Shown: positions 42,121 to 56,200 of the stretch, piece by piece
How positions within the stretch are numbered: the stretch's first letter is position 1
Layout: every line of letters begins with the position of its first letter
Origin: the human T2T-CHM13v2.0 reference genome, Homo sapiens
Strand: one strand, 5' to 3'
NCBI RefSeq assembly: GCF_009914755.1
Contig: NC_060930.1
DNA length: 64,000 nucleotides
Notes under the pieces: generated by a model
Databases searched by the model: none
What the model was told of the DNA's origin: nothing
Seen by the model: the letters and a program-made list of their open reading frames with translations, nothing else
Position numbers and translations under genes: made by a program

Positions 42121-44392
42121 ATGTCTGTTTAAGTTAGGGAAATACGTATTCCCAAACTTTAAATTCAATACATAAAAACATGGACAACAAACCAATCCCT
42201 TTCCTACCAAACCACAAATTGTGGGATTTTCATTTTTATTATTTTTTGTACACTTAACTGTTTGTTTGATTGAATAAATAATGATGCTGTCAGCTAATGT
42301 GGACCTTGTAATTTTTCTTTTAAACAATAGTTTATTTTTAACTAGTCTTAAAAATGTTAATCTTTCTTTGGATAGTTTGTAGTTAGTTTTCTGCATTTGT
42401 TCTCAGATTCATATGTTCAAACATAAAAATAGCACAATAGTCCTGTCATGATGAAAAATAAAGATATGCATTAAATTTTACCTTTTTAGTATTAAAAATG
42501 GAGCCATGCTAAATCTTTCAGGACTTTATAACCTACATACACATTTTACTGGACATCCCCAATCCATCTGAGTATTCCTGGAGCAGCTCTGACTATAACT
42601 TTCATTCCTAGCAACTTCTCTGCTTGAAAATGATCAGATGAAAAGCTCATTAATGATGAAAATATAAACAAATTGGCATAATTCAACACATATCTTAAAT
42701 GGGTTCATATTTAATGTATACCAATAACACAGCAAAACATAACTATTGAAGACTAGTGAAAATCAAGTGAATTTTCTTAAGTATTTACTAATTAAGATTT
42801 TAAGAAATAAATTCGTTAAATTTTTGTTTAGTAAAGAAGCCTATTGTTTAGTAAATAAGGAATACTGTTAAACAGAAAAAGAGTAAATCTATTACAAAAC
42901 TAGATGACATATCCTCCAGCAAGTCTCTTAATCTCTCCTATAGTGATATTTCCCATAGAGAATTTTAAGGTGGTAAAGGCATTCTTCTTAATAATTCATG
43001 CCACTTGCATCTCAAGCTTTTTGTTTTGGCAGCATAACCACTATGTAGAAGGTTGAATGAGCCATGTTTTAGTTACTCTGAACCAATAATTAGGCAACAG
43101 CCTATTTGGAAAACAAATTAATATATCTTCCAAATGCTACCAAGAAAAATCAGATCTGACTTTTCAAAATTTCTGTGACTCTTCAGGATAACTTGGCTCA
43201 AACAAAAACAAACAACAAACAAACAAACACAGCACCACTCAGTATCATCAGTGAGTTCTATTTTTAAGATATGTGATATTAAAAATAATTTAAACTATTT
43301 GGATCTCAATTCTCAATATGTACACTGAGGAATTGAATGAGATTATATTTGTCTCCATCCTGAACTCTAATAAATTGTTTGTGTGCAAAACATTTATAAT
43401 TTATGTTGAAGTGAATTTTTCTAAAATGCAAGATAGAAGCACAATTCTAAGCAAGCAATTCTAATCAATGTGTCATCTACTTGTGCCCACTGTGGTCTGT
43501 TTTTTATACTTCTTTTCCAGAATTGTCAACAGACACAGGTCTTTATAAAAACTTTTGGGTTTGGATTAATTTTCCTGGAGTTCCTAATATTCTCAGAGTG
43601 CTGAAATACTTGTTAGCTGAATAAGGTTATTTATGCTAGCTCTATAAAGGCTTATGTGTTGGGGAGCTTTGCATCATTCACAGGAATGTTGTGTGAGTGG
43701 CCTGGTTAGTCAGGTGGGAAGGGACATGGAGCAAGTGAGGTTGGAGAAGTAAGTAAGGTACAGATTACCCATATGTGTGACCTACAATACTAGCAAAAAT
43801 AAAAATCAATTTTGTAAATTTTTAGGAAAACTGACAGTATTTGCAATTCAGTATATTAATAGCATACTGAGTAATATATAATCCTCCTTTCCATAAAAAA
43901 TGTAACTGAATGTTATGGTAAGTTTAAACAAATAAAAATAAAACAAGAAAATAAATGTTAGAAGGAAAATGTAATTTATTTATGATGGGAAGAAAGCAGA
44001 TGAGATCATATTTATGAACAAACCAGGACAATAATTGGGTCAGGGGCACTATTAGGTTCATGAGAGAGCTATCCACAGAATAGTGGATATCCACAGATAG
44101 AGGCCATGAGGCCTCATTGTGCCCAGCTAAAGTCTTTAATAACTGATTTTGAAATAAAGTTAAGTAATAGCCTTAGGGAAGGTCCTGATGGAGTATTTGG
44201 TCTGAATAAAGAAGCCTGCTAGACCCTATCTTTTAACTTTCATTATGGATCCAATAAGGAAACACCAGAGATACCAACACCCAAGAGAGTAACACTTAAA
44301 CACTCCACCTCCAGATAAAACAGGGTGATCTAAATATGGGTGGCAAATTGTTGACTATGACTTATAAAGAGAAACTTCTATAAGATTCATCA

Positions 44393-44699
44393 ACTATAGA
44401 CTGAATGTTTATTCAATCTCAAGTTCATATGTTGAAATTCTAACACCCAGTGTGTGATGGGGGTTAAAATTTTTATAAAAGAAGCTACAGAGAGCTCCCT
44501 TGCCTTCCGCCACGTGAGACTGTAATCAGAAGACAGCCATCTATCTATGGACCAGGAAATGTGTTCTCAGCAAACACCAAATTTTTTGGCACCTTGATCT
44601 TGGATTTCTGGCCTCCAGAACCGTGAGAAATAAATTTCTGTTATTTGTAAGTTACCAGTTTATGGTATTTAGTTACAGCAGCCTGAAAGAACTGAGACA
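44393..44699 (+). mobile_element. MaLR solo LTR (MLT1A0-like)
   Basis: 'ggcaccttgatcttggatttctggcctccagaaccgtgagaaataaatttctgtt...actgagaca'. Confidence 0.88.
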
Positions 44700-47050
44700 C
44701 TGTGTACTTGACAGAGCCCAAAACGAGTTCTCCCACAGAAGATAAAAGACTGAATTTTAAAATAAATAAGAAAAGTAATTTTAAAAACCAATAAACAAAA
44801 GATCTTGTATATTAATTATTTAAACTAATTCAAAGAACTTTGGATGAAATAAACTGCTATGACTACACCATTATTTGAGGGGAACAAAAGCAAGAAAGAG
44901 AAGACCAACTGAATAAAGAGAACAACTAACACCAGAAAAAAAAAATAAAAGTTAACATAAAGAGCAGAAAAAAATTAAAACACAATTCTAATAAGTATCT
45001 TTAGTGATATTTAAGAGAATATTACTCTCACAAAACAAGAAATTCAATAGAAAACATTAAAGGAATCAGAGAACATGTAAAATTTCTCAGAAATTAGCAA
45101 ACTAATATTGAAATAAAAATAAAGTGGCTGACTGATAAAGTAAGGTGAATAACAAATTAATAATCCAAAAAATAGAGAAGTAAATTGTTGCTACCAGATC
45201 ACAGTGAGAAAGAGATGGAAAATATGACCAAAATATAAAAAGAAACTTAGGGTAGAATTAGAAAGTTTGAAATCCAAAATATACTAATAGTGTATATTAA
45301 ATTAAAATGGAGGAAAAATGGGTAGTGATTATAGTATTATTATAAAAAATTTCTTAAGCAAAAGGCATAGATATACAGATTGATAAAATCACTATGTGCC
45401 AAGCATGGTGAGCAGAAACAATATACACATTGATATATCCTGACAAAAAAAGATCCTTAATTTGGCATGTTGGTGGTCATTTATTAGCCCTAAAATACGT
45501 TATATCCAAGTACAACGAAGAAATTCCAAAAGCTTTAAGATAATCAAAATGAGGTTCATACCAAGTCTTTTGTTGGTGATTGTGATTGCTAGTTGACAAT
45601 GAAGCAAAACATTAAATTTCTATGAAAAAATCCCTACAGCTAGAACTTTATTGCCAACTCTGTCAGGCCATCAAATGGGTCCTCTTAGATTCCTTACACC
45701 CATGTGTAACCATCACAGTAATCTCAGCCTGAAATAGATCAGCCAGGCACACCTCAAGCTGGAGGCTGCTCACCAATTCCAGACTGGAATAAAAGAAAGA
45801 GGTCTGCTTTCCTCAATTGCTTCCTAGAACAGGTGATGGAATCTAAAAGTGCAGATGAGTTATCTTCCCTCAGGACAAACTTTGACTAAGGGAAGAAATG
45901 AGACAAGAGGAAGAGCCTAATAATAAACTTGCCCCCACCTCTTTCTTCTGATGGCCTGTTTTGAGTCACAGTTTGATGTACTCTCAAAGACAGCATCTGT
46001 GTATCTTTGCTGCTAGTTACGATGCCTATGAATTTGCTTTTTATTCCTTCTTGCTGTCTGGGATTGCATTTGCATGTAAGTCTTGGCTCATGCTCTATTT
46101 TTTCTGGGAAACCTGATCCAAGACACCAGCCTATTTATCAAGTGTGACATCAAATAATTTTATGTAAGAAAGCACCTAGAGTTTTATGTTTTGCCTTTGA
46201 TTTTTTTAAAGAGTGCTTTTGAGGAGAAACTATATCAAAGTACCAACAGCAACAACAAAAATTAAAGAAAAAAAAGACATTCTGTTTGGAAAATAGTGAA
46301 AATAACTCTTAAGTGCAAAGAAAGGAAATGCCAGTTAGCCAATTGTTTTACATACATAGAGCACATTTGATATTAAGTATAATAGGAAGTCAGAAAAGCC
46401 CATGAAAAATATCTTCAAGAAGAAAATATTTTTAATTATATAAACAGTATTCTAATCTGGAATATTTTAGTAAATAAAAGAAAGGTAGTTTATAACTTAG
46501 AGATTAATAAAAATCTGTACATGACTCCAACGTTTTAGAACACATAAAAGGCATGATTTTGATTAATGTGTGGAGTATATTTTAAAATAATAGATTGAAA
46601 CGTGATGTTTAATGATTATGTTCAGGTATCATAGTTTTAGGGGCATGTATTACATTTGCATTATTTTGTGTCAAAATACTAGTTGAGGTAGTATGTATGA
46701 TAATATACTACATTCTGTTTACTATATATTACTTCAGAAAGAACCAGTAGAAAAATCAAAGAATAATAATGGTGGTTTGTAGAAAAGAAATAATCTCTTA
46801 TGGGTCTTTGTAGTCAGAATTTAAAAAACAGAAATCAAATATGAAAAGCTCTGAGATGTTAAAAATATTTTATAGTAACTGAGGTCAGAAAATACAGAGA
46901 GAAAACAAATTAGAGGGAGGTGCAGGCACTCCAATTTTCTCATCACATAGCAGAGCCTCTACACAGAGAGTAACAAGTTAATGTAACTAAAACTAAACTC
47001 ATGAATCAATAAATCAAAGTATTATCCTATTATTGACAGGTTTAGAAATG
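44700..47050 (+). mobile_element. Very old L1M/HAL1-like ORF1 relic, interrupted by an ERVL-type LTR at ~45661-46125
   Basis: A-rich sense-strand ORF1-like composition. The inner element runs tgtcagg...ctgggaaacctgatccaagaca. Confidence 0.5.
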
Positions 47051-47089
47051 ATAACTAAAAGAATTTAAAATAATAATGTAAAAATCAGG

Positions 47090-50000
47090 AGGTGCATCTG
47101 CATATGGAACATATTCTAATATGGACCACATTCTTGACCATAAAGCAAATCTCAATAAATCTCAAAATTTGAAATCATACTGATATGGTTTGGATTTGTG
47201 CCCCTGCCCAAATCTAATGTCAAACTGTAATTCCCAGTGTTGGAGGAGAGGCCTGGTGGGAGATGATTGGATTATGGGGGCAGATATCCGCTTCCCCTTA
47301 CTGTTCTCATGATAGTGAGTGAGTTCTGACAAGATCTGGTTGTTTAAAAGTGTGTAGCATCCCCACCTTTCAGCTCTTCTTCCTTTCCCAGCCTTGTAGG
47401 ACATGCTTCCTTCCTCTTCGCCTTCTCTCATGAGGGTAAGTTTTCATGAGTCCTCCCCAGCCATGCTTCCTGTACAGCCTGTGGAACTATAAGCCAATTA
47501 AACTTCTTTTCTTTATAAATTACCCAGTCTCAGGTGGCTATTTATAGCAATTCGAGAAGAGACTAATACTCATACCAATTATACATTCAGACCACAGTTG
47601 AACAAAAATACAAACCAGTACCAAGAGGATCCCTCAAAACCACACAATTACATGGAAATCAGAAAACTTGCCCCTGAATGATTTTCAGGTAAATAATGAA
47701 ATTAAGACATAAATTTTAAAAATATTTGAGATAAATGAAAACAGAGACACAACATACTAAAATGTCTAGGATACAGCTAAAGCACTGTTAAGAGGAAATT
47801 TTATAGCACTAAACACCTACACCAAGAAGTTAGAAAGATCTCAAATTAACAATCTAGCATTGCACCTGGAGGAACTAGAAAAACAAGAACAAATTAAACC
47901 CACAGCTAGACAAAGAAAAGAAATAATGAAAATCAGAGCATAACTGAATGAAATTGAGATCCAAAAATCCATAAAACTATGAACAAAACCTGACCTGGTT
48001 CTTTGAAAGGACAAACAAGATTGATTAGCAAAGAAAATAAAAAAGAGCCAAATAAGCACAATCAGAAATGACAAAGGTTACATTACAGCAAATCCCTCAG
48101 AAATACAAAAAAAAAAAAAAACCCTAAGACTATTTTGAACACCTGTATTCACAAAATATAGAAAATCAAGATGAAATGGTTACATTTTTAGAAACACACA
48201 ACCTCCCAAAACTGAGTCAGAAAGATATCAAAACACTGAATAGACAAATATCGAGTTCTGAAATTGAATCAGTAATAAAAATCCTACCAACCAGAAAGAG
48301 CCCTGGACTAGATGGATTCATAGCTGAATTCTACCAAATGTACAAAGAAGAACTGGCACCAATGTACTGAAACTATTCAAAAAAACTGAGGAGGAATGAC
48401 TCCTCTCTAACTCATTCTATGGAGCTAGAATCACACTGATACCAAAATCTGGCAAAGGCACAACAAAAACAAAAAAACACTACAGGCCAATATCCCTGAT
48501 GAGCACAGACCCAAATATCCTCAACAAAATACTAACAAACTGAATCCAGCAGCACATCTAAAAGTTAATTCACCACAATTAAGTAGGCTTTATTCTTGGA
48601 ATGCAGGGCTGGTTCAACAAACACAAGCCAATAAATTTGATTCACCACATAAACGGAATTAAAAACAAAAACCATATGATTATCTCAATAGATGCAGAAA
48701 AAGCTTTTGATAAAATTCAACATCCTTTCATGATTAAAAATAAAACCCTCAACTAACCTAGGCACTGAAGAACATACCTCAAAATAATAAGAACCATCTA
48801 TGACAAACCCACAGCCAACATCATATTGAATGGGCAAAAGCTGGAAGCATTCTACTTAAGAACTAAAGCAAGACAAGCATGCCCACTCTTACTACTTCTA
48901 TTCAACTTAGTTTCGGAACTCTTAGCCAGAGCAATCAAGCAAGAGAAAGAAATAAAAGGCATTCAAATAGGAAAAGAAAAAGTCTAATTATCTCTTTATT
49001 AATGATATGATTCTGTACCTAAAAAACCCTAAAGACTCTGCCAAAAGGCTCTTAGAACTGATAAAAAAACTTCAGTAAAGTTTCAGGATACAAAATCTAT
49101 GTACAAAAATCAGTTGTATTTCTAGGCACCAATAATGTTCAAGCTGAGAGCCAAATGAAGAACACAATCCCATTTACAGTATCTGCACACATACCCACAT
49201 GCACACAAAAATCCTAGTAATTCATCTAACCAAGGAGGTGCAAGATCTCTACAAGGAGAGCTACAAAACACTGCTGAAAGAAATCATAGATGATACAATG
49301 GGAAAAAATATCCCATGCTCATGGATCAAAAGAATCAATATTGTTAATATGGCCATACTGCCCAAAGCAATGTACAGATTCAGCACTATTCTCATCAAAC
49401 TACCAATGTCGTTTCTCACAGAATCAGTAAACATGATTCTAAAATTCACAAGGAACCAGAAATGAGCCAAATAGCCAAAGCAATCCTAAGCAAAAAGAAC
49501 AAAGATGGAGACATTTCCTGACTTCAAACTATTCTATAAGGCTACAGTAACCAAAACAGCATGGTACTGGTACAAAAATTAGACACATAGATCAATGGAG
49601 CAAGAGAGAAAACTAGAAACAAAACTGCATATCCACAAACATCTGATCTTCAACAAAGTCTACAATAACAAGCAATGAAGAAAGGACTCTCTAGTCAATA
49701 AATGGTGCTGGGAAAATGATCTAGCCATATGCAGAAGAAGATAACTCAACCCCTACTCTTACTACTTTTAACTATAAAAAATTAACTCAAAATGGATTAA
49801 ATATTTAAATGTAAAACCTCAAACTATAAAAACCCTAGAGAAAAAAACCTGAAAAACACCATTATGGACATAGGCTTTGGCAAATAATTTATGACTAAGC
49901 CCTGAAAAGCAATTGCAACACAAACAAAAATGGCCAAGTGGTACCTAATTATACTAAAAAGTTTCTGCACAGCAAAAGAAACTATCAACAGAATAAACAG

Positions 50001-50986
50001 ACAATCTACAAAATAGGAAAAATATTCACAAACTATGTATTCAACAGGGGGTTAATATCCATAATCAATAAGGAAATTAAACAATTCATCAAGCAAAAAC
50101 CAATAACCCTATTAAAAATGGGCAAAGAACAGGAACAGACACTTCTCTAAAGATGACATACAAGTTGCCAACAAACAAACGAAAAAATGCTCAACATTAT
50201 TCACCATAGAGAAACCCAAATCAAAGCCACAATAAGATAACACCTCACACCAGTGAAAATGGCTATTAATTAAGACGTCTAAAAATTACAGATGTTGGGA
50301 AGGTTATAGAGAAAAAGCTGCTTATACACTGTTGGTGAAAATGTAAATTAGTTCAGCCATTATGGGAAGCAGTCTGGAGAATTCTCAAATAACTTAAAAC
50401 AGAACTACCATTTGGTCCAACAATACCATTCCTGGATATATATCCAAGGGAAAATAAATCATTCTCCCAAAAAGACACATGCACTCTTATGTTTATCACA
50501 GCACTTTTCATAAATAGCAAAGACATAGAATCAAACTAGACGTCCATCAGTGGGGGGTTAGGTAAAGAAAATGTGGTACATTTACACCATGGAATACTAC
50601 ACAGCCATAAAGAAGAATGTCTTTACACCTTTGTAATATTTCATGGTGTAATGATTGTGTAGTATTCCATGTCCTTTGAAGAAACGTGGATGCAGCTGGA
50701 CGCCATTATCCTAAGTGATTTAACACAGGAACAGAGTGTCAAATACCCTATGCTCTCACTGATAAGTGAAAGTTAAATATTGAGTATGCATGGACATAAA
50801 GGTGGAAACAATACAGAATGGGGACTACTAGAGAGGGGAGGGTGGGAGGGAGACAAGGGTAAAAAACTGCTCGTCAGGTACTATGCTTATTACCTGGTGA
50901 CAGGATCATTTATACACCAAACCTCGGTGACACAATTTACCCAGGTTGCAATCCTGCATATATACCTCCTGCATCTAAAATAAAAT
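47090..50986 (+). mobile_element. 5'-truncated L1 (L1PB or old L1PA): decayed ORF2 EN-RT-C region and 3' UTR
   Basis: ORFs LETHNLPKLSQ...KSPGLDGFIAEFYQ and [26 protein letters not shown] motif 'catatgattatctcaatagatgcagaaaaagcttttgataaaattcaacatcc' ([18 protein letters not shown]). 3' end with AATAAA. Confidence 0.95.
47181..47570 (+). mobile_element. MST (MSTA/B-like) solo LTR inside the L1, TSD CATAC
   Basis: tgatatggtttgg...ttctttataaattacccagtctcagg...gactaatact. CATAC at 47176-47180 and 47571-47575. Confidence 0.95.
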
Positions 50987-51379
50987 TTAATGAGTGAAAC
51001 AGGTTTCAAAATCACAATAGCAACTAAAATATCAGAAGTTGGATGTGGGAAAAAATTAGTAAGTAGTATAATTTTGCCAACTACCTTATTTTTAAAAATG
51101 AGAGTTAAAGTAGACTTCTGAAAGTAAGTTGATAAACAGACATATAAATTTTTATTTGTATTTATGGTTAAAATGAGATAATAAAACTAAAATTGCTTAA
51201 AAACAATTATTCCTGAAGTACAAGGCTGGGCAAAAGAGGAAGGATATTTAAGATTTTCTTTAAATATTATTTAGTGTTGTTTGAGTTATGACTTTCCTAA
51301 ATAAAATGACTTTTTTTTCTGAACTAAGAAGAAATATTTGCCATCTTGGTCATCTGGTGAATGTATTGGGGAAAAGGGT

Positions 51380-53200
51380 TTAATAGAAAGAGACAAAGTT
51401 TGATGGCATTTTGATAATTAAGGTGAGAGATGCTAAGAGTCTGAAATTTAAAAAGTAGCAGTTTGTTCATGTATAGATGAAAAGTTTTATAGATATGAAA
51501 TGAGAACATATTTGATAATCAGAGGTTTGAAATACAAACTAAGAATCCAAAGATACTTTTTCATTTTCTACCATGACAGGCTTGAAGGTCTCTGTGCCAT
51601 CATCCTAGATAAATAAGGGATTCACCAGGAAGAATATATATTGATGTATTGATGGTGGTTATGAGGGAGGCAAAGCAAATAGTTCCATTTTATCTTAGCT
51701 AGTTTCGACCTTGAAACTAGAAATATCTCTGAGCATTTAAGCAATGAAGCAATGGAATGTATGATTCTGGAGTTCAGATCTTATTTTAAGATTTACCTTT
51801 GATGGCCATAAAATATTTGTGGATATTAAAAACTAAACTAATGAAGGAAATCACTTTTAGTGACAACGTGATGTATTTAAGAAGAGTTAAGTACAGAGCA
51901 CTGAGTGACACCTACTTTTGAATAGATGGGCATAAAAGAGTTATCCTAAGTGGTAATACACTTTGAAGCAGTGATCACAGAAGAAACCAGGAAGTCACTC
52001 CTGGTTTCAAAACTTGGAGGGGAAAAAAGACTGTTGAATAGGAAAGAATGCAGTCACATGAGACTAACAGAAAGAGTGAGAGATATCCAATGTTTTTGGC
52101 TTGTTATTGATTGATTATATGGAGTGTCATTGGAATGAACAGACATTCACTGGTGCCAGAAAAACGTGTGTTGACAAAGTAAATAGGAAGAACATAAAGG
52201 GCTTGATTTTGAAAATTATAAAACATAGAAACAATAGAAATGATTATCTATTTATATGCTGAAGAAAAGAAAGCTAATGCTAATTGAGGACAGGAATTGA
52301 AATTACCTAAGTGAAAATGTGGTGAAATTAAGCCTATAGGAGACCAGGAAGGTAACATTTGACCCACATGTCCAAGAATCACCTTGACTAATAGGACATG
52401 TCTTTTTCTCTGAGACTCGTAGGAAAGAAGTATGGATATTATTGAGGGGATAATACTTTGTTGTTTTGCATTTGAAATAATGTATCTCTAATATCTTACA
52501 TTTTCTTAATTCTACTGGAGACAATAGCAAGTGCTAAGTCATACGAAACAAGATTTGGAATAGCAATGATTGAATAATTTGGTTACAGATATGTCAAACG
52601 TTTAGGATAGTTTCTCTGGGGAATGGAAGTGAAACTACCTAGTATTAGGTTTGAGGAATTCTGAGCTAATAATCCAGTTGCGATTATGGATAACATATTG
52701 TTAGTGACAACTTGACAGATATGAAAGTTTGTACTGTAGTGTGCTACAGTTCAGCTGTTGAAGTGGGAAAAATGGGATTGTTCTAGAGCCTGCTTTTGCA
52801 GGACCAATGTGGTGAGAAGAAGGCAAGGATTTAAGGATACTGAGAGGAAAATGTATGTGAATGTCTTGCAGGTTGTAGTTTGAAGATGGATGGAAGCCAA
52901 ATGAGAAATGTTGATGGTTTGAGAGAAAATAAAGAGTTGAAACACTGACCATTTTCTACAGGTGGAAGAGATGCTCTGATAGTAAGGAATTAAAGATAAA
53001 AGATTCTGGTGAAGGAATAAAATAAATAGCATTTATTATTCCAGACCAAGAATGTTTCCTGATGTTCATTATATTGATGAAATAAATGGTCATCAGAATG
53101 GGTAACAGCAGTTGAGTGAAGATTAACTGTGTTAGTGTTTCAAAATGAATAAATTTTGAGATGGCTGTATTGGATGGGTTTTCTACCAAGATGTTGAAAG
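51380..53200 (-). mobile_element. Highly degraded L2
   Basis: Purine-rich antisense L2 ORF2-like tracts. Confidence 0.5.
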
Positions 53201-56200
53201 CTCCTAAGATTTAAGTAAAATGATATATGGAAACTTTCTTGACACACAATTGGTATTCAGCAAATACTCCTTTGAGTGTGATAAAATGACTTTCAAGTAT
53301 TAAATTATCACAAATAGTAAATGTTGTAGAAATGTACATTAGTCTTCTGCTGGTATCTTAGTATCAGTTAAGAAGAAACCTACAATTCAGGGAAAACATC
53401 TGTATCTACCCTCTCAAAATGGAGTGGAAAGAAAAAAATACTCAAAAATTTAGGTGAAGGCATGAACATTTTGCCTACAGTAATTAATTTATGCAAAGAG
53501 TCTACAAGCTACTGTTTCCCAGATTTCCCACCATTTTTTTTTACCTGATTTTAATCTTGTAGAAGTAACTTTAATTCAATTTTTAATTTTAGCCTGAAAT
53601 TAGTGAATTTTGGTTGAAGTTGCATTTGTTTTACTGTGCTTATACTGTGTCTTTTCCATAAAATTAGAATATGTTTTGCCACTTGTTTCACCCAGACATA
53701 TTGAAGGAAGATTTATAAAACACTAAAAACATTATAAAGATTTTTATAAATTCAAATGAAACTCCATGTGCATCTTTTTTGTGAATATGTTCTTTATATT
53801 TTACATATTTTCCAATGTCTCTTACTTCTACTTTTCAATCACAAATATGTTGATCATTAAAATGTATAATGCATTCTAATGATCATACTTTGGGTTTTTC
53901 AAGCCAGAAGAACAGAATAAAAGCTATATTGCAAATGACTACATGTACTGCTATGAAAGTTGAGTATTTTTTTTTATTCAAGCTTGTAATTATTTGACTT
54001 TGACCATTTAAATCACTATTGAGAAAATGGGGTGGAAGATTAAAAATTATCTGATACATTTATACTGCTTAAACAACAAACAATTCATATCACTCAGAAG
54101 AAAATTACACCTGTCTTCTTAATAGCCGCCTGGGTCCATGAATTATTCAGATGACAGGCCAGATGCTGTCACTTAATGGACACAGCCTATACTGGTAGTT
54201 TTTCAGATAGAGCCGTAGGGAGTAAGGGTTCATATTCAATGAGGATACCATTATTAAAGTACCATTTACCCCTCAACTTCTTTCACTCCCTTACTCCCAC
54301 TTTGACACATAAATTCATTGTACCTTTCTTTATCTGTTGGACTGTGAGAATTTTAGTCCCAAGGACAATTTTTCAAATGTTATCAGTGATTGAAAACAAG
54401 TGGTTATAATGAAAGTAGATTTGCAATCTTCAGTCTAGCATTTACAGTTTTGAATGCTATAATTACGAAACCACCTGTGTGTGTGCTTTCACAATATATT
54501 ACGACCGAAGATTGCATTCCAAGTAAAGATTATTCCCCAGGATAAGGGTTTAAAACATGATTTTTCTCCTTTTTCTCTTCACTATATTCCAAATCAGAGT
54601 TTGGCCCAAAATAAGCCAACGAGGACTTTAGAAGAAATCTCCATTCACTGAAAGTAGTCCATTAGCATTTCTGTTGCTACTGATGTGTTGCTCCATAACT
54701 TTGCCCACTGATAAAAAATGCTTACTGTGGAGTAGATAGGGGATATGGTAGTGAGGTAAGGGTCTCAACACACATTCAAAAAGCAAGCATGGTGTGCATG
54801 CTTCTATACAGGAGTAGCTGTGATATTAGGCCCTTTACCCACCAGACACTTTAAAACATGACCTTTTTCATCATCCTATTCCAAATGTTTACTCTAGTAA
54901 CCAGCACTGTCAAATGCAAAGTGTAGTGGGACTAACGTCGGTGTTGTTAGAGAACTATCATTTCACATACATGTCATGTCCTCATGGAGAGTGGTTGGGT
55001 GAGTGTTTGACCTCTTTCTCATTGAACTACCATAGGCAATGATCATTTAAATTGTCTTTTTATTCACTAATGTGTTTAAAAGGGGAATCCAAAGACAGAG
55101 ATAACAGTGAAACTCTCTGGTATAGAGTGGATTAACTTTCAGCAGTTTTTTTATATTCCATGTGCTCAAATGCTGGTAAACCAGGTTTTTTTTTTTTTTT
55201 TTTGGTGCCCACTTATTAAGTATTTTTTTAATTATCCGGAGCAAACTGAGGAGACAAATAATTTAAAAGAGAGAGAGAGAGAAAGAAAGGAAACTATATA
55301 TTATACTGCATAGCCTTTCTGTGTGGTAGATTTTTGTGACACAGATTCAGAATATTCACTTTTAAAGTTCATGTTATTTTGTCTACGATATTTTTACCTT
55401 GAGAATTTTCCAGTTTAGTTAAATATGTAAATCCAATCCCTGCCTTTCTGCATGTGTTTTTTGTGTGCTGTTTGCTATCTCTTGCACTAATACACATTTA
55501 AATTGCTTCCAAACTCATGTTAATAAACACACAAATCATGTGGTAGAATTGAAAAAAACTCCAAAACTGAAGAAAGTAAACTTGTGCTAGAATTTCATTC
55601 CCACAATTGAGAAAACCCACCTTTTCTCTTGTTCTACCATGAACACTCTCTCCAGATTGTCCCAAGCACTCTGTCTTCTCCTTTCTCCTAGTTTTCCTCA
55701 TAAGATGTGCAAACCCAGCATCCTGAGTATCCCCGGGTAGGCTGTGCCATCTGGTGTCATTAAGAACAAGGAAGCACTGTTCATCCGGGAGAGCAATCAG
55801 ACATTTTATGCTGCTGCAGCTGTCATCCCAGCATTGTGGCTTCCTGCCATCATGGCTGCAGGGGATAACTTTGGCTCTAGGAGGACTGGTATCCCTGGAA
55901 GAGGATGACATCTCACACACAGGGCCCCCCCTACTCCCCACCCCTTGCTTTGGACAGCTGGTTCCAACACTTGGCAGATGGATACAGATCACAATGAAGT
56001 CGAGGCAACCAACACAATTTCTCAGTTTGAGGATTCTGGTTCCTTAAATTTTGGAAACCTCACCAAAACTGATTTGATCTTCTTGTTCCCAATATAGCTT
56101 AGCCATTGACAAATTATACAGATCTTAAGGTCCACTGCATGTCAAAACTTTAGTTCTCTATCATCTCCGCAGGCTCAGGGACTCCTAAGTTGGCTTGAGC

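Noticed and set aside
55498-55992. 164-aa minus-strand ORF, the longest non-L1 ORF
   Set aside because: No recognisable homology. Locally higher GC explains the lack of stops.
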